Position numbers and translations under genes: made by a program. Positions 12,203-25,357 of a stretch of DNA of 64,000 nt are shown here, in pieces (positions within the stretch are counted from its first letter, which is position 1; every line of letters begins with the position of its first letter). Below the pieces are notes generated by a model. It worked only from the letters and a program-made list of their open reading frames with translations. It did not search any database and had not been told where the DNA came from. Source of the stretch: Chiloscyllium plagiosum (taxonomy: Eukaryota); NCBI RefSeq assembly GCF_004010195.1, contig NC_057718.1, positions 81,834,110 through 81,898,109 on the forward strand. Direction: 5' to 3'.

Positions 12203-13529
12203 GAGGTTGACTGAGCTTGGACTTTTTTCATTGGAGAAAAGGAGGAGGAGAGGGGACCTAATTGAGGTATACAAGGTAATGAGAGGCGTAGATAGAGTCG
12301 ATAGCCAGAGACTATTTCCCAGGGCAGAAATGACTAACACGAGGGGTCATAGTTTTAAGCTGGTTGGAGGAAAGTATAGAGGGGATGTCAGAGGCGGGTT
12401 CTTTACACAGAGAGTTGTGAGAGCATGGAATGCGTTGCCAGCAGCAGTTGTGGAAGCAATGTCATTGGGGACATTTAAGAGACTACTGGACATGCATATG
12501 GTCACAGAAATTTGAGGGTGCATACATGAGGGTGCATCAGTGGTCGGCACAACATCGTGGGCTGAAGGGCCTGTTCTGTGCTGTACTGTTCTATGTTCTA
12601 TGTTCTATGTTCTATGAAAGGGGCATTATAGAAGAAAGCAGCAAGAGTAGTCTGTCCAACACAAACCAAATCAGATGCTAATCAGTTGCAAATCCTCTAA
12701 CTGGAGAGGTTCACTTCAACAAATAAGATGTTCAGCAGAATTGGTAATGAAAGAAAGACAGAGTTACATTTTATATCATACCTTTCATAATCTCTGGATG
12801 TCTCAAAGTGCTTTATAGGCAATTAAAATGTGATCACTGTTCTAATAGCAGAAACTCCAAACCCAGTTTGCGTATGGCAAACTAGATAATCTGCATTATT
12901 GATAGTGTATATTGAATTACAGCTAAACATGGGTGAGAACATGCAAACATACATATGAAAATAAAAACTTGGTTCAGGATTCCACCATGCTGCTCCTCGA
13001 GCCTGTTTCACCACTCAGTAAGATAATGGCTGGTCTGACTGTAGCCTTGAGTCCACTGTCCCACTTACCCCTGATACCTCTTGACTCACTTATTAGTCAA
13101 TAATATCAAATAAGCTACCAAAGAGTCCAGTTTGCTGTAGCAATGTACTTTCTGTAGTCAGGAGCTATGAGTAAAGATGGCAGAGGCTCCAATTTCTTTC
13201 CATCATATAGCTGAGCAGGAATCTCTTCCTCTGTTACCACCTAATATTGGCTTGTGCTGGTAAGGTTTACAGATGAATCTTCAGTCTGTTCCACCATGCT
13301 ATGCACACACGTCCAATTTCTAATCTAATATTGGAGTAGGAGTTGGACTCAGACCCTCTAGTCCAGAGGTGGGAATGCCACCCACTGTACCACAATGGGC
13401 ATTTATTGCCCATCCCTAATTGACCATGAGAAGGTAGTGATAAATTAATTTCCTGGGCTTCTCTAGGTAGTGAGCTGTAGATACACCAACCTTTCTGTTA
13501 GTTCCTGGATATCGACTCCAGAGCCATGA

Positions 13530-13715
13530 TGCATCCAAGGAGCAGGAGAATCAATGTTTCGGGCATAAGAGCTTCATCAGGATTTCTGATAAAGGGCTTA
13601 TGCCCGAAACATTGATTCTCCTGCTCCTTGGATGCTGCCTGACCTGCTGTGCTTTTCCAACACCATACTCTCGACTCTGATCTCCAGCATCTGCACTCCT
13701 CACTTCCTACTTTCT
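13530..13715 (+). mobile_element. Short PLE pseudo-LTR insertion with inverted 5' arm and two hammerhead motifs
   Basis: Minus arm 13530-13582 and plus arm 13586-13710; degenerate TSD CAGAGCCATGA (13519-13529) / CATAGACATGA (13716-13726) inside an old LINE. Confidence 0.8.
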
Positions 13716-14161
13716 CATAGACATGAAGGAGTGGCAAAGTAATTCCAATCAGGATGGTGTGTGTCTTGAAGGGGAATTCATAGTGTTCCCATGTAGTTGC
13801 TGCCTTTGACCTTCTGGCAGAAATTGCAGGTTTGGAAAATGCTGTCAAAACGATAATGGAGTGCATTTTGTAAATGATAGATACTGTTACTACTGAGGAT
13901 ATTTGTTGGAGTCAGTGAATATATAACATAGTGGATGAGGTAACAGTTAAACACATTAAATCTCATTGAACAGTTAATGATCAGATTGCCTTATGAATAC
14001 CTATTTTGGAGCTGTAAGGAATGTTCTGAACCCAAACCATTTAATACGGTGGCAGAGTCACACCATATGATGTAGCACTCCATCAAGTTTGTTTACTGAA
14101 AAAAAAAACCCTCACCGAGTAAAATTGTCCTATATTTTTTATTTGTGCATGAATTTAACAT

Positions 14162-14206
14162 GAACAGTGACAGATCATTCCCAGGAACAGTGACAGATCA
14201 TTCCCA
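14162..14206 (+). repeat. Tandem duplication, 23-bp period
   Basis: GAACAGTGACAGATCATTCCCA occurs twice, separated by one G. Confidence 0.9.
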
Positions 14207-14911
14207 TTAACTTACATTCATCAATCATGAGATGACCGACGATAACAATTATGAGCTATTAGGTCTGACACAACTTGGGGCTTTACTTCCTGCTCCTGGA
14301 TCGTTACTTCCACAGAAGTACCTATGGCACTGCTTCTTCTGATGTTATGCCCTCTGAGTAAGTTTGGATGTACTCACCCTCTATACCTTTCTCTAAATAT
14401 TGACGGGATATTTTCTAGGTTAATATTATTTGTAATTCTCTGCAGTTGTCAATGATTCACTCAGCTTTTCCTCCTCAAGAGCTACCAACTTCCACATCCT
14501 ACTTTTCCAAAGGCCTCTGCACACATCGCATCTACTTGTGCTAATTTCCATCAATGGCACTCACTCTTTCTAGTGGATGCCCTATTGTCTCTGACAATGC
14601 TTCAACTATCAGTGGCCCTCTTTACATCTCACCCCAGAGTACATGGTAATAAACCTCCAAAGCCCCTGCTGTCCAGGACTTTATTGTGCATTAGTACATC
14701 AAAAACATGGACTGTGGATATTGTATTAAGATTAGGTCAGACTCTCATGTGTAGACATTATCAAACTTTATTAAACATAACTATTTACAAGTCATTACAA
14801 GAGAAGACATCTTCTGCAACCCTACAGACTCAGATTACAGTTCCAATTTGATCTGGCATCAGTATGTCATTGTTCCTTTTGCACATACTTAGTAGCTACT
14901 TAGAGTAAAAG

Positions 14912-15170
14912 CATGGTGGCTTAGTGGTTAACACTGCTGCTTCACAGTGCTAGGGGCTGGGTTCAATTCTACCCCTGGGTGACTGTCTGTGCAGTATGTT
15001 TGAACATCCTCCCTATTAGGTGGATTGGTCATGTTAACTTTCCTGTAGTGTTCAGAGACTTACAGGTTAGGTGAATTAACCATGGGAAATGAATGGGTCT
15101 GGGTGAGACCTCTTCAGAAGATCAGTGTGGATTTGATGGGTCAAATGGCCTGCTTCCACACTGTAGGAAT
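14912..15170 (+). mobile_element. HE1-type V-SINE (internally deleted)
   Basis: CATGGTGGCTTAGTGGTTAACACTGCTGC head; GGCCTGCTTCCACACTGTAGG tail. Confidence 0.8.
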
Positions 15171-15257
15171 GGGTAGGACTGTAGAGTGTTGATCTGATTA
15201 GCTAGCTGGGGACATTCAGCTCCTCTATCATGTGCCACTTCTGCTGTTTAACATCTA

Positions 15258-15605
15258 CCTACTTGAGAGGGTGCAGAAAAGATTTACAAGGTTGTTGCTG
15301 GGACCGGAGGGTTTGAGCTATAGGGAGAGGCTGAACAGGCTGGGGCTATTTTCCTTGGAGCATTGGAGGCTGTCGGGTGACCTTATAGGGGCTTATAAAA
15401 TCATGAGAGGCATGGATAGGGTGAATAGCCAAGATCTTTTCCCCAGGGTGGGGGAGTCCAAAACTAGAGGCCATAGATTTAAGGTGAGAAGGGAAAGATT
15501 TAAAAAGGACTTGAGGGGTAACTTTCTCATACAGAGGCTGATACATGTACGGCATGAGCTGGCAATAAGTCAAAGCAAAGGGTCTGTTTCTGTGTTCTAT
15601 GACTT
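15258..15605 (+). mobile_element. CR1 3' fragment
   Basis: LERVQKRFTR..SYRERLNRLGLFSLE..RGHRFKV. Confidence 0.88.
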
Positions 15606-16086
15606 AGTTCTGTATTGTACTTTCGCAAGGTTGGCAACTCATTTCTCAGTAGACTTATTGTTACTCAGACATGTTGTCCTGAATTCCTCAACGAACTTCA
15701 ATTGACTCCTTATTTTAATGATAATGGTAGAGAGGGGTGATGTGTAGGGTTATATGATGTATTAGATTATAGATCGTATTTGAATAAATTGCTCCTGCTT
15801 TGGTGACCCATGGCCCCTTATGAATGTCATATTTTGTTCAGAATGTTTTTCATTTAGTATACTGATAGAGCAACACAACTCGATAAACAAAATTCTCTAC
15901 TTAGAGTACATTCTGCACCCTTACCACCTGTATTTATTCTTCCAAATGGTGTTTAACATGGAGGAGTACAATGGTAAGAATTGGTAATCAGCAGGAAACT
16001 TCCTTGCCCATATTTGACTTGATGCCATGAAACTTTATGGAATCAGAGTAAATTCTGCACACTGTCAGGAATTTCTGCTCCCAACA

Positions 16087-16390
16087 TGGACACTATGGTG
16101 GCTCAGTGGTTAGCCCTGGAGCCTCACAATATCAGGGTGACAGGTTCAATTCCAGCCTCGGGTGACTGTCTGTGTGAAGTTTGAACATTCTCCCCGTGCC
16201 TGTGCGGGTTTCATCCGTGTGCTCCAGTTTCCTCCCACAATCCAAAGATGTACAGGTTAGGTGGATTAGCAATGGTAAATGTGGGGTTACTGGGATAGGG
16301 TGGGGCTGGGTCTTGGTGGGATGCTCTTTGAAGGGTCAGTGCAGACTCGATGGACTAAATGGCCTCTTTTCACACTATTGAGATTCCATG
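16087..16390 (+). mobile_element. HE1-type V-SINE
   Basis: GGTGGCTCAGTGGTTAGC head, GGTTCAATTCC B-box, V core. Confidence 0.88.
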
Positions 16391-17164
16391 CCACTATGCT
16401 GCCATTTGTTGTGGGTCTGTCTTGCCAACAGGACAGGGTATTTCCAGCATTGGTAATATTGGTGTTTGGGACATTGTCTGTAAGGTATTATTCCATAAGT
16501 ATGATTATGTCAGCTGTTGCTTGACTAGTTTGTGAGACAGCTCTCCCAATTTTGGCACTAGATGTTAGTAAGCAGGACTTTGTAAGGTCAACTGGACAGG
16601 TTGCACCTTTGATACAACTGAGACCTAGGTCATTGCCAGGTAGTCCATTTAGTTTCACATTTATTTGACATCTCTGTCATCATTTGATACAGCAGTACAG
16701 TTTGCTAAACCATTTCAGAGGGCAGTTAAGAATGAATTGCATTGCTGTGGGTCTGGAGTCACTTGGAGGACAGACTAGGTCTCCGCCATTAAGCTACCCT
16801 TCAAAACTAACATTTGGTGAAGCTTTTGGGCAATTTTCCACTTAGCTCCTTTGGTATAATGTTAATTGATAAGACTCATACGATGTGCCTTGAGACATTT
16901 TACTACATTAAAGGTGTCAGGGCCCACACAGCCCAGGGTGCTTCATTCTAGTTGTGCTCATATTTTGTACGGTTTGCCCATTATGGATCTATGTGATTGG
17001 CAAGGATTGTTCTTAGCTTTATTACCTCATTGGTAGATATAGCTTGAATCAGAACCTTAGGATTTCTAATGATCTCCCCAGTCTCAGGTAAAAACAGATT
17101 AATGAGGATGCTGGTTTTGTACACAGCCATGAGGCTTCAAGGCATCCATTTGATGATTATGAAA

Positions 17165-17480
17165 GAAGGGTTTATATTTCTATGATGCTTTCAGAAGTCC
17201 CAAACCACTTTACAGCCAATGAGTGTAACCGCTGTCTTAATGTAGGAAACAAGGCAGTTAATTTGTGAACAAGATCCCGCAAACAGCAGTATGTTAATGA
17301 CATACTGTTTTAAGTGTTATAATGTTATAACATATTGTTATAATGTTATCTCTTTCAGTGATGCTGTTTAAGGATAAATTTTGATGAGGTTATATATTGA
17401 CCAAGTACAGATTTCCTGCTCTTCTGCAAAATAGTGCTGTTGGATCCTTGACATCCACTTGAGAAGGCTGGTGGCACCTT
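17165..17480 (-). mobile_element. Deu-domain SINE relic
   Basis: CACTTTACAGCCAATGA..GTAGGAAAC..CCTGCTCTTC..AAATAGTGCTGTTGGATCCTTGACATCCACTTGAGA is the reverse of the Deu core. Confidence 0.6.
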
Positions 17481-18799
17481 GGAAAACATGATTCTGCTTA
17501 ACCTTGTCACCTGACATTATGCCTGCATGCGCTTGTATCCTGCTGCAAAGCCACTTTGGAGAGAAAGTATTTCAGACACAAATCAATCATTTTGAAAAGG
17601 CCTGAATCTTGTTTTAGTAAGTGCAGTTTTGAATCAAACATGGCTATATATTAAAGAAATCTTGCTTTGTTCTTGATGCAAATTTGCATTCAAATAAAAT
17701 CATTAAGTCATGTGATGGCTATTAGATTTTTGAGGCATTGAATATTTAAAAAATCATTTGCTGTTGTGGTCCAATATAGTTTATGACCTAATAGTCCAGA
17801 AAGAGTCACATTTCACAAACGTTGGATAGAGCAATGCTTTATATTGTGTGCCCATCAATGCTGATTGAACAGAAACACAATCTAGCAATTCATTGCAATA
17901 TTAGAAGCAATGGACCTTGAATAAGTGCATACGGTATTAAGGAGAAACTGGTCTTCCATTCAAGAGCAACGCTTTACAGTTTTACAGAGTAATGAGGGTT
18001 ATTTATTACACATGGTGAAGCTACATGACTACAAGTAATCAATTCATAGGATATCTAAGCTATGAAGATGTTTTACATACCATTCACCATTTTATGCCCT
18101 GGAGGCCAACCCAACACATACAATGAAATCATAAAAGGTGCACATCATGTTTACAATGCTTTATATTTTAAAATGATGCCTGGTGTGTGTTCCAGGGCAG
18201 TACTTGATAACAAAATGTATTCATTAACTTCTGTTTGTAAAACCTGAAATTTTCACTCACCACACCACTGTCCACTCACCATCTATATATTATAATAAAA
18301 ATCTATTCCAAATTCCAGTAGAAAGAACTTACATCCATAATGAAATTGTCAATGCTGCAACTGTAACCATTCAACACTCCCTCCCTCCACACCTGCTCAC
18401 CCACACTGAAGGCATTGGATCACAAACAGCAAGGAGCTAGGCTAGATCCTAGGCTAGGCTAGGAGCTTACATCAGAATTTTCCATTTTAAAATATGGAGA
18501 TGGGTATTTTAGTAAAAAATAAGAGCAAGGCCAGAATGTAGAATCTACAAGTTTATAATGAATCTGTTTCTGTGCTTCAGTAAGATTATTTCTTGCTCAC
18601 TAAACTTACTACACCTGGAGACTACATTTGACTTAACTCATCATATGCCAAACCAAGGGTTATCAAATGGCTATTTTTAAAATTTCTTCTTCAGGTCTTT
18701 TTTAATCTCTCTCTACCAGTGGCCATTGACATTCTGATAGGTCTCAAATAGTGTCACTCAACACATAATCTTTGGATTGTATCTAAGGGAGATACCAGT

Positions 18800-20310
18800 C
18801 ACTGCTTACTAAACAGTTATCTCTTCTCCATTTTCTGGAAGCATCTATCTTTCATTTTTCTACCTAATACCTTCCTGAAAAGCCCAAGCAAAATCATGAA
18901 GTTGTCCTCTCTAAACCCATGCCAATCTTTCCTAGAAATCCATGTTTGAGCTCCTCTGATCTCCCAACCCTGCCATAGGACTAGAACAGCTCTTTCCAAA
19001 GACACAATCAGACTCTAATATGACTGTTGTTGTATAAGGCAGATAGTATCTGAAAGGGTTAACTGACATCCAGTGTTAAACTCCACCCATTAAGATATAA
19101 CTAACAGTTCCTGGGAACAATTAATTAATATTCCACTTGCTCCGTTATGTGCCAGGATATTTCAGTAGTAATAATGTGTACTCACTCTTTAGTATAATCT
19201 GAGATCTGAGAAAGTACACTCATGTATCTCAGGTATAGTATAACTATCTCTTAAGTAATATAAAATAAACCTATAATGTTCAGCAAGCCTGAGTCTACCT
19301 TCTACAGAAAACTCTGTGTGTGCAACCTTTTTCAATTAGTACTGAGACAACTATCAGTAAGAAAAATCGGAGAAAGTGAATCCAGCCAAAGCATCTCAGA
19401 TAGTTTAGGTGGACACCACTGTAACATTTAACATGCTGGTAATGCTAGTATCTGAAAATGAAGCAATTGTGAGAATGATAAACTATCCCTCTTCATGTTT
19501 CTTGACATATCTAGCATCTTTGACATATTTGACCATATCATTCTCCTCAAATGCCTGTCCGCTGCCATCTAGCTGGGTGGAAATACTTTGCCTGATTCCA
19601 TTCATGTCTATTTCATTGTAGCCAGAATATCAGCTGGAGTGGCTTCTCTTCCTGATCCTGCACTGTCACATCAAATGTCCCCCAATGATTTATCTTTAGT
19701 CTCTTCCCATTTCTTATCTACAAAGCTGCTCCTTACCAACTGTGTCAGTTTTAAATCATATGTTGACAACACGTGGTTCTGTTTCCCTTGGTCCCCTCCA
19801 TTGTCACTGAATTGTCAAAATGCTTGTCTGCTATCCAATACTCTGCTGTCCAATTCCTATTTAGATCAAGTCTCATTCATCCATCCCTTACTTGGTGAGA
19901 TGCACCAGCTCTTGGACAAACCATTCCTTCATTTTAAAATTCTTATTCTTGTATCAAATTCTTCCATTGTCTCACCTTCTCCCAATTTTGGAAAACCTCC
20001 AGCCCTATAACCTTGCAAGTTCTCTGTGCTTCTCTGATTCTGTCCTCTTAAGGATCCCAAAATTTTAATTGTTGCATCATTTGTCGTTGTGCCTTCATCC
20101 TAAATTCTGGAATTCTTTCCCTATGCATCTCCACTTCTTGATCTTCCCTCACTCCTGAAGACATTCCGTAAAATCTATCAGTTTGACCAAAGTTTTAGTC
20201 ATCTTGCTAATATCTCCTTATGTAGCTCAAGGTCAAGTTTTGTTTAATATCCCTATGAGGAACCACCTTTTTACATTAACAACACTCTGTGGGTACAATT
20301 TGTTGCTGTT
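18800..20310 (+). mobile_element. L2-like LINE relic (RT to 3' end), with an internal insertion
   Basis: Degenerate Q.GFR..H.TETAL region (CATAGGACTAGAACAGCTC) and LD.S..FD..DH (CTTGACATATCTAGCATCTTTGACATATTTGACCAT); L2-type 3' tail. Confidence 0.7.
19028..19466 (+). mobile_element. Probable LTR-derived insertion inside the L2 relic
   Basis: Starts TGTTG, contains AATAAA, has TTAACA near 19433; the L2 sequence continues across it (CTGT/TTGT flanks). Confidence 0.4.
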
Positions 20311-21304
20311 GAGAACTAATTGGTGAACAAAGAAGAAAGTGGAACAGCTTAGTCCAACCCTTCTGAAGCACATATCTGTAGATTATATTCCAACAGCAAA
20401 CATACTTATGGTGAAAATCTCAGTGAATCACTGCAGATAAGTAGCTGGGTCATGAGAAACAGTGATTCCCAGATTTGATTCCCAAAGTGTGATGAGTTTA
20501 TATTCTACTGTCTCCTGGGATATGGGCGTCACTGATTCTGGGAGCATTTATTGCCCATCCATAGTTATCCTTGAAAAGGTGGCAGTAAGTTGTCTTTTGG
20601 AACTGCAGCAGTCCATGCGCTAATTTGTGATCACTATGTGGCAATGGTATGGATGTTAGAAGTGGCCTTGAGGCTTTTCAGGCAGAGAAAAACTCTTCCC
20701 AGAATCTAGGGAAGGAGAAGGGAAGTAAATGAGCAAAACAATGAAATGGAGCTCTTTGTTATGCACACCGTAACATCTCATTAGTAATTTCCATCTAAGC
20801 TTCTCTCCTCGTCTGTCAAATTATCAAATGTAATAGATTAAGCAAATGGAAAAAAGATTTTTAAAACATTGTTATAGCCTTAGATTGTCCTTTGTGTAAT
20901 CAGCAAAGAAAGCATGCACTTGTGAACAGAATTCTGACTGAACAACTGGAGCAGAATCCATGTTTGCAGCCTTCAAAATCAAGTGAGGCGCAGCAAAAGG
21001 ACAGCGGAAAATGTTGCAAACCATTCCTACTGAATCCATGTCGTGCCTTCACTGTAACTCTTTCTGTCCTCGTTAAGGATGTTTATAGATCTATCTAACA
21101 GGTTCATTAATATCAATAAATCCCAACCATAGGCACTGAGACATGGATGATGCATCATTCATCTCTCTGCAATGAAGTACTAATAGAAATTAATGTAACC
21201 TTCGGGAGTTTAGAGTCTTTAGATAAGACAGAGTGGACATAAAAGGAGTTAGTGCAGCATTATATTTCAAGGACATATGGAAGATAAACAAAGTTTATCT
21301 TTGT

Positions 21305-21622
21305 GGGCGGCACGGTGGCACAGTGGTTAGCACTGCTGCCTCACAGCGTCAGAGACCCGGGTTCATTTCCCGCCTCAGGCGACTGACTGTGTGGAGTTTG
21401 CACGTTCTCCCCGTGTCTGCGTGGGTTTCCTCCGGGTGCTCCGGTTTCCTCCCACCATCCAAAGATGTGCAGGGTCAGGTGAATTGGCCATACTAAATTG
21501 CCTGTAGTGTTAGGTAAGGGGTAAATGTAGGGGTATGGGTGGGTTTAGCTTCGGCGGGTCGGTGTGGACTTGTTGGGCCGAAGGGCCTGTTTCCACACTG
21601 TAATCTAATCTAATCTAATCTA
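21305..21622 (+). mobile_element. HE1-type V-SINE, young full-length
   Basis: GGGCGGCACGGTGGCACAGTGGTTAGC..(TAATC)n tail; TSD-like AAAGTTTATC / AAAGTTGATC. Confidence 0.97.
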
Positions 21623-21841
21623 AAAGTTGATCCAATGGGAAGTAGATTGCTTCAAAATTAACTGCTGTGTTCAGAAATTTCTAAAACAGTATATCCTGAA
21701 ACTAAGGGGTACGTTAGGGGCACAACATAAGAAAAAAGAAATGTGTTCCTTGTGGACCTAAGAAAACTACCAGACTTATGATGCAGTGTTAGGATCCTTA
21801 CCTCTGATTCACGTTCAAGTCCTACCTGCCCTAGATGTGTT

Positions 21842-22252
21842 CATAGAGTCATAGAGATGTACAGCATGGAGACAGACCCTTCGGCCCAACTCCTTCATGC
21901 TGACCAGATATCCTAAACTAATCTAGTCCCATTTGCCAGCACTTGGCCCATATCGCTCTAAACTCGTCCTATTCATATACCCATCCAGATGCCGTTCAAA
22001 TATTGTAAACTATACCACCCTCTACCACTTCCTCTGTCAGCTCATTCCATACACACACCCACCCTCTGTGTGAAAAAGTTGCCCCTTAGGATTCTATTAC
22101 ATTTTTCCCTTCTCATCCTAAGTCTATGCCCTCAAGCTCTGGATCCTCACCCCAGGGAATAGACCTTATCTATTTATACTATCCATGCTGCTCATGATTT
22201 TATAAACCTCTATGAAGTCACCCCTCAGCCTCCAACGCTCCAGGGAAAACAG
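21842..22252 (-). mobile_element. CR1 3' end, (TATGACTC)n subfamily
   Basis: CATAGAGTCATAGAGATGTACAGCATGG.. reverse tail plus RT C-terminus. Confidence 0.9.
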
Positions 22253-22959
22253 AAATTATGTATATATATCCATCTAATACAAAGAAGCAATTAACAAAAC
22301 CAGTATAATGCTGGACTACATCGAGTTAACTGCAGCAGCATTTATAGATTATACAAACCTGTGAGCTAACTGCATAGCACTCTTGTCAGTTCTTGAATGA
22401 TGTGTCTAATTCTGCTTCTCAAGAAAAGAAAGGAAACATTCAACACTGCAGTAGAGTGGAGAGACATGGGTGGCCAATCCCTCAGGGATTTATGCTCTGA
22501 TGAAAGATTGGAGAGACTGGGGTTTTACAGTCCAGAAATGGGTTATTTGAGAGGTAATTTTATAAAGAGATGTGAAATTGTCACGGTTGCAAGAAGAATT
22601 AACTCAATGCATCAAACAAGTTCCAATTTGTTTGCATTTCACAAAGCCCATTTAACACAGAAAAAATGTAAGGGTGAAAAACTGTTTTTCAAAATCGATG
22701 TTGCAATTTGGGATCATCAACACAAGGTTCTGTTGACACAACCAGCACCACAACTTAGTGTTACATCTGATTTTCATCTTTGTTACACTTAGTCAAGAGT
22801 GGTCCACGCTGTAAACAAGCTGAATGCTCAACAGGGAGTACTGCAATATGCAGGGCTGGTATTGTTTCCAGTCAGCTTGCATGTCTTAAAGACAACCTGA
22901 CCTTCCTAAATGGGAAAGGAAGCAAACTGCTGCTGGCTGTCTCAGCCGGAGATGTTGGA

Positions 22960-23895
22960 ATCATAAAACTATAGAGAACAGAAAATGTCCTTTGGCCCAG
23001 CACATCTGTACCTCCAAAGCTACTAAACCTGCATTAGCCCCACATTCCAGCATTTGGCTCAGAGCCTTGAGTGTTATGATATTTCAAATCCTCATCCAAG
23101 TATGTTTTAAAGGTTACAAAGCTACCCACCTCAACTATTCTCCCAGGCAGTACATTCCAGATCCCACCAATTTTTGAATGAGAACCTTTACTTCAAATAT
23201 CTTCTAAACGTCTCACCTTTCACTTTAAAATTATGTTCCTTCATCCTTGACATTTCGACTAAAAGGAACAGTTGCTTTCTATTCACCTTGTCCATGCCCC
23301 TCATAATCTTATACACCTCTAGCACGTCCAAAGAACAACCCAAGTTTATCCAGCCCCTCTTCATAGCTAAAGTGCTCCATCCCAGGCAACATCCTGGTAA
23401 ATCTCTTCTGCCCCACCTCCAGTACAATCACATCCTTCCCATAGTGCAGAGACCAGACTGCACATAGTATTTCAGTTGTGGCCTAACCATAGTCTCGTAC
23501 AGCTCTAACATCACTCCTTGCTCTTATAATCTCTGGCTCAACTGATGAAGGCCAGTGTATCGAATGCCTTCTTAGCTACCCTATTAACCTACCCTGTCAT
23601 CTTCAGGCATTTGTGGACAAACACCTCAAAATTCCTCTGTTCCTCTGAGCTTCCTAGTGTCCTGCCATTCATTGAGTACTCCCTTGTCTCATTCCCTCTT
23701 CCAAAGAGCATCACCTCACACTTATCAAGATTAAATTCCATCTGCTGCTGATCTACCCATCTGACCAATTCATTTATATCTTCCTGTAATCTAAGATCTT
23801 CTTCATGTAGTCAATCTTGCAGAGTTACTTACCAACCCTCCACACCATCATCTACTTTATTTATAAATATCATAAACAATAAGAGATCCAGATGT
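22960..23895 (-). mobile_element. Old CR1 3' part
   Basis: ORF 23188..23427 EVYKIMRGMDKVNRKQLF. Confidence 0.8.
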
Positions 23896-24206
23896 TGTAA
23901 GGAGAAGCATTCCAAATCGCATCAGGGAAAGTAGAGAATTCTCAATGTTATGCTGGAGACCATAGCGGTCAAGAGTGTCCATTTTTCTTCTGGGAGTCAG
24001 AGAATCTCAAAGGAAATGTCAGTAGATGGTCAGAGTGGTCAATTCCTGGAGTTTTCTCCCTGAAATACCTGTCAACATTAACAGGCTTATCAGCAAAGAT
24101 GAAGTCCAAAGAAATGAAAAGGAAAATAGTAATATGGATATGAAGTTTGTTCAAAGACAGGAAAAAGAGATTAGGAGTTGAATGGTTGTTAATTTAGATT
24201 CATTGA

Positions 24207-24762
24207 GAGGTCATGTTGCAGCTGTACAGGACCTTGGTGAGGCCACTTTTGGAATACGGCATTCAATTCTGGTCTCCCTGCCAATGAAACGATATTGTGA
24301 AGCTCGAAACGGTTCAGAAAAGATTTACAAGGATGTTGCAGAGACAGGAGGGTTTGAGCTATAGGGAGAGGCTGAATAGGCTGGGGCTATTTTCCCTGCA
24401 GTATTGGAGGTTTGGGGGATGGCCTTATAGAGGATTATAAAATCATGAGGGGCATGGATTGAGTGAATAGACAAGGTCTTTTCCTCACAGTAGGGGAGTT
24501 CAAAATTATAAGGTTTAAGGTGAGAGGGGAAAGTTTTTGGGCAACTGTTTCTTGAAGAATAAGCCACCAAATGAGGTGGTGAAGACCGGTAGAATTACAA
24601 CATTCAAAAGATATCTAGGTGGGTATATGAATAGGAAGGGTTTAGAGGGATATCGGCCAAATGCTGGCAAATAGAACTAGATTAATTGAGGATACCTGGT
24701 CAGCATGGATGAGTCAAATCAAAGGGTCTATTTCTGTGCTGTACATCTCTATGACTCTATGA
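24207..24762 (+). mobile_element. CR1 3' fragment
   Basis: GAGGTCATGTTGCAGCTGTACAGGAC..CTCTATGACTCTATGA tail. Confidence 0.9.
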
Positions 24763-25357
24763 TTACAGGAAAGGTATATAATAGGGATGCTGAGGAATTG
24801 GTAACACTTTTTGACCTACATTAACAAACTACACTTGGGATGTGTGAGCTCAATTTCAAAATTTTCAAATGACATAAAACTTACCAGCTAATTTTTATTC
24901 TTTCAGGGGAAGTGGATGCCCTTGGCTAGGCCAGCTATCCTTGCCAATCCATTATCGCCATTGGGAAGCTAGTGGCTAGCCATCGTCTTGAACCACTGTA
25001 GGCCATCTGCCATCAATACACTACAACACTGTTGGGAAGAGAGTTCCAAGCATTTTTACCAAATGACAGCAAAGGAACAGTGATATAGTTCTAAGTCAGA
25101 ATGATGTGCGACTTAGAGGGAGCTTAAAAGGTGGAGGTGTTCCCACGTGTCTGCTGTTCCTTGTCCTTCAGGGTGGTTGTACCAACACTTCTAACTTGTG
25201 CCATTTTTTTTTCTTTTTGGACTGTGAACTGGAATGGAAGTCAGACGCTGCTATAAAGCTGATGTACCAGCAGTGGACTTTGTAACTTCAAAACCATGCA
25301 GTGCACATTTTTTAATTCTGCAAGACAATGGTGCTTTTCAAAGCACTGGGGGAATAC

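Larger units (their letters stand above)
9636..12616 (+). mobile_element. CR1 LINE, long copy: ORF1 SGNH/GDSL esterase-like, ORF2 APE and RT, 3' tail (TATGTTC)n; frameshifted, two gaps
   Basis: [67 protein letters not shown]; tail at 12585-12616. Confidence 0.95.

Noticed and set aside
21305..21380. tRNA genes at SINE heads
   Set aside because: The A/B-box regions continue into V-SINE bodies and no complete cloverleaf is evident.
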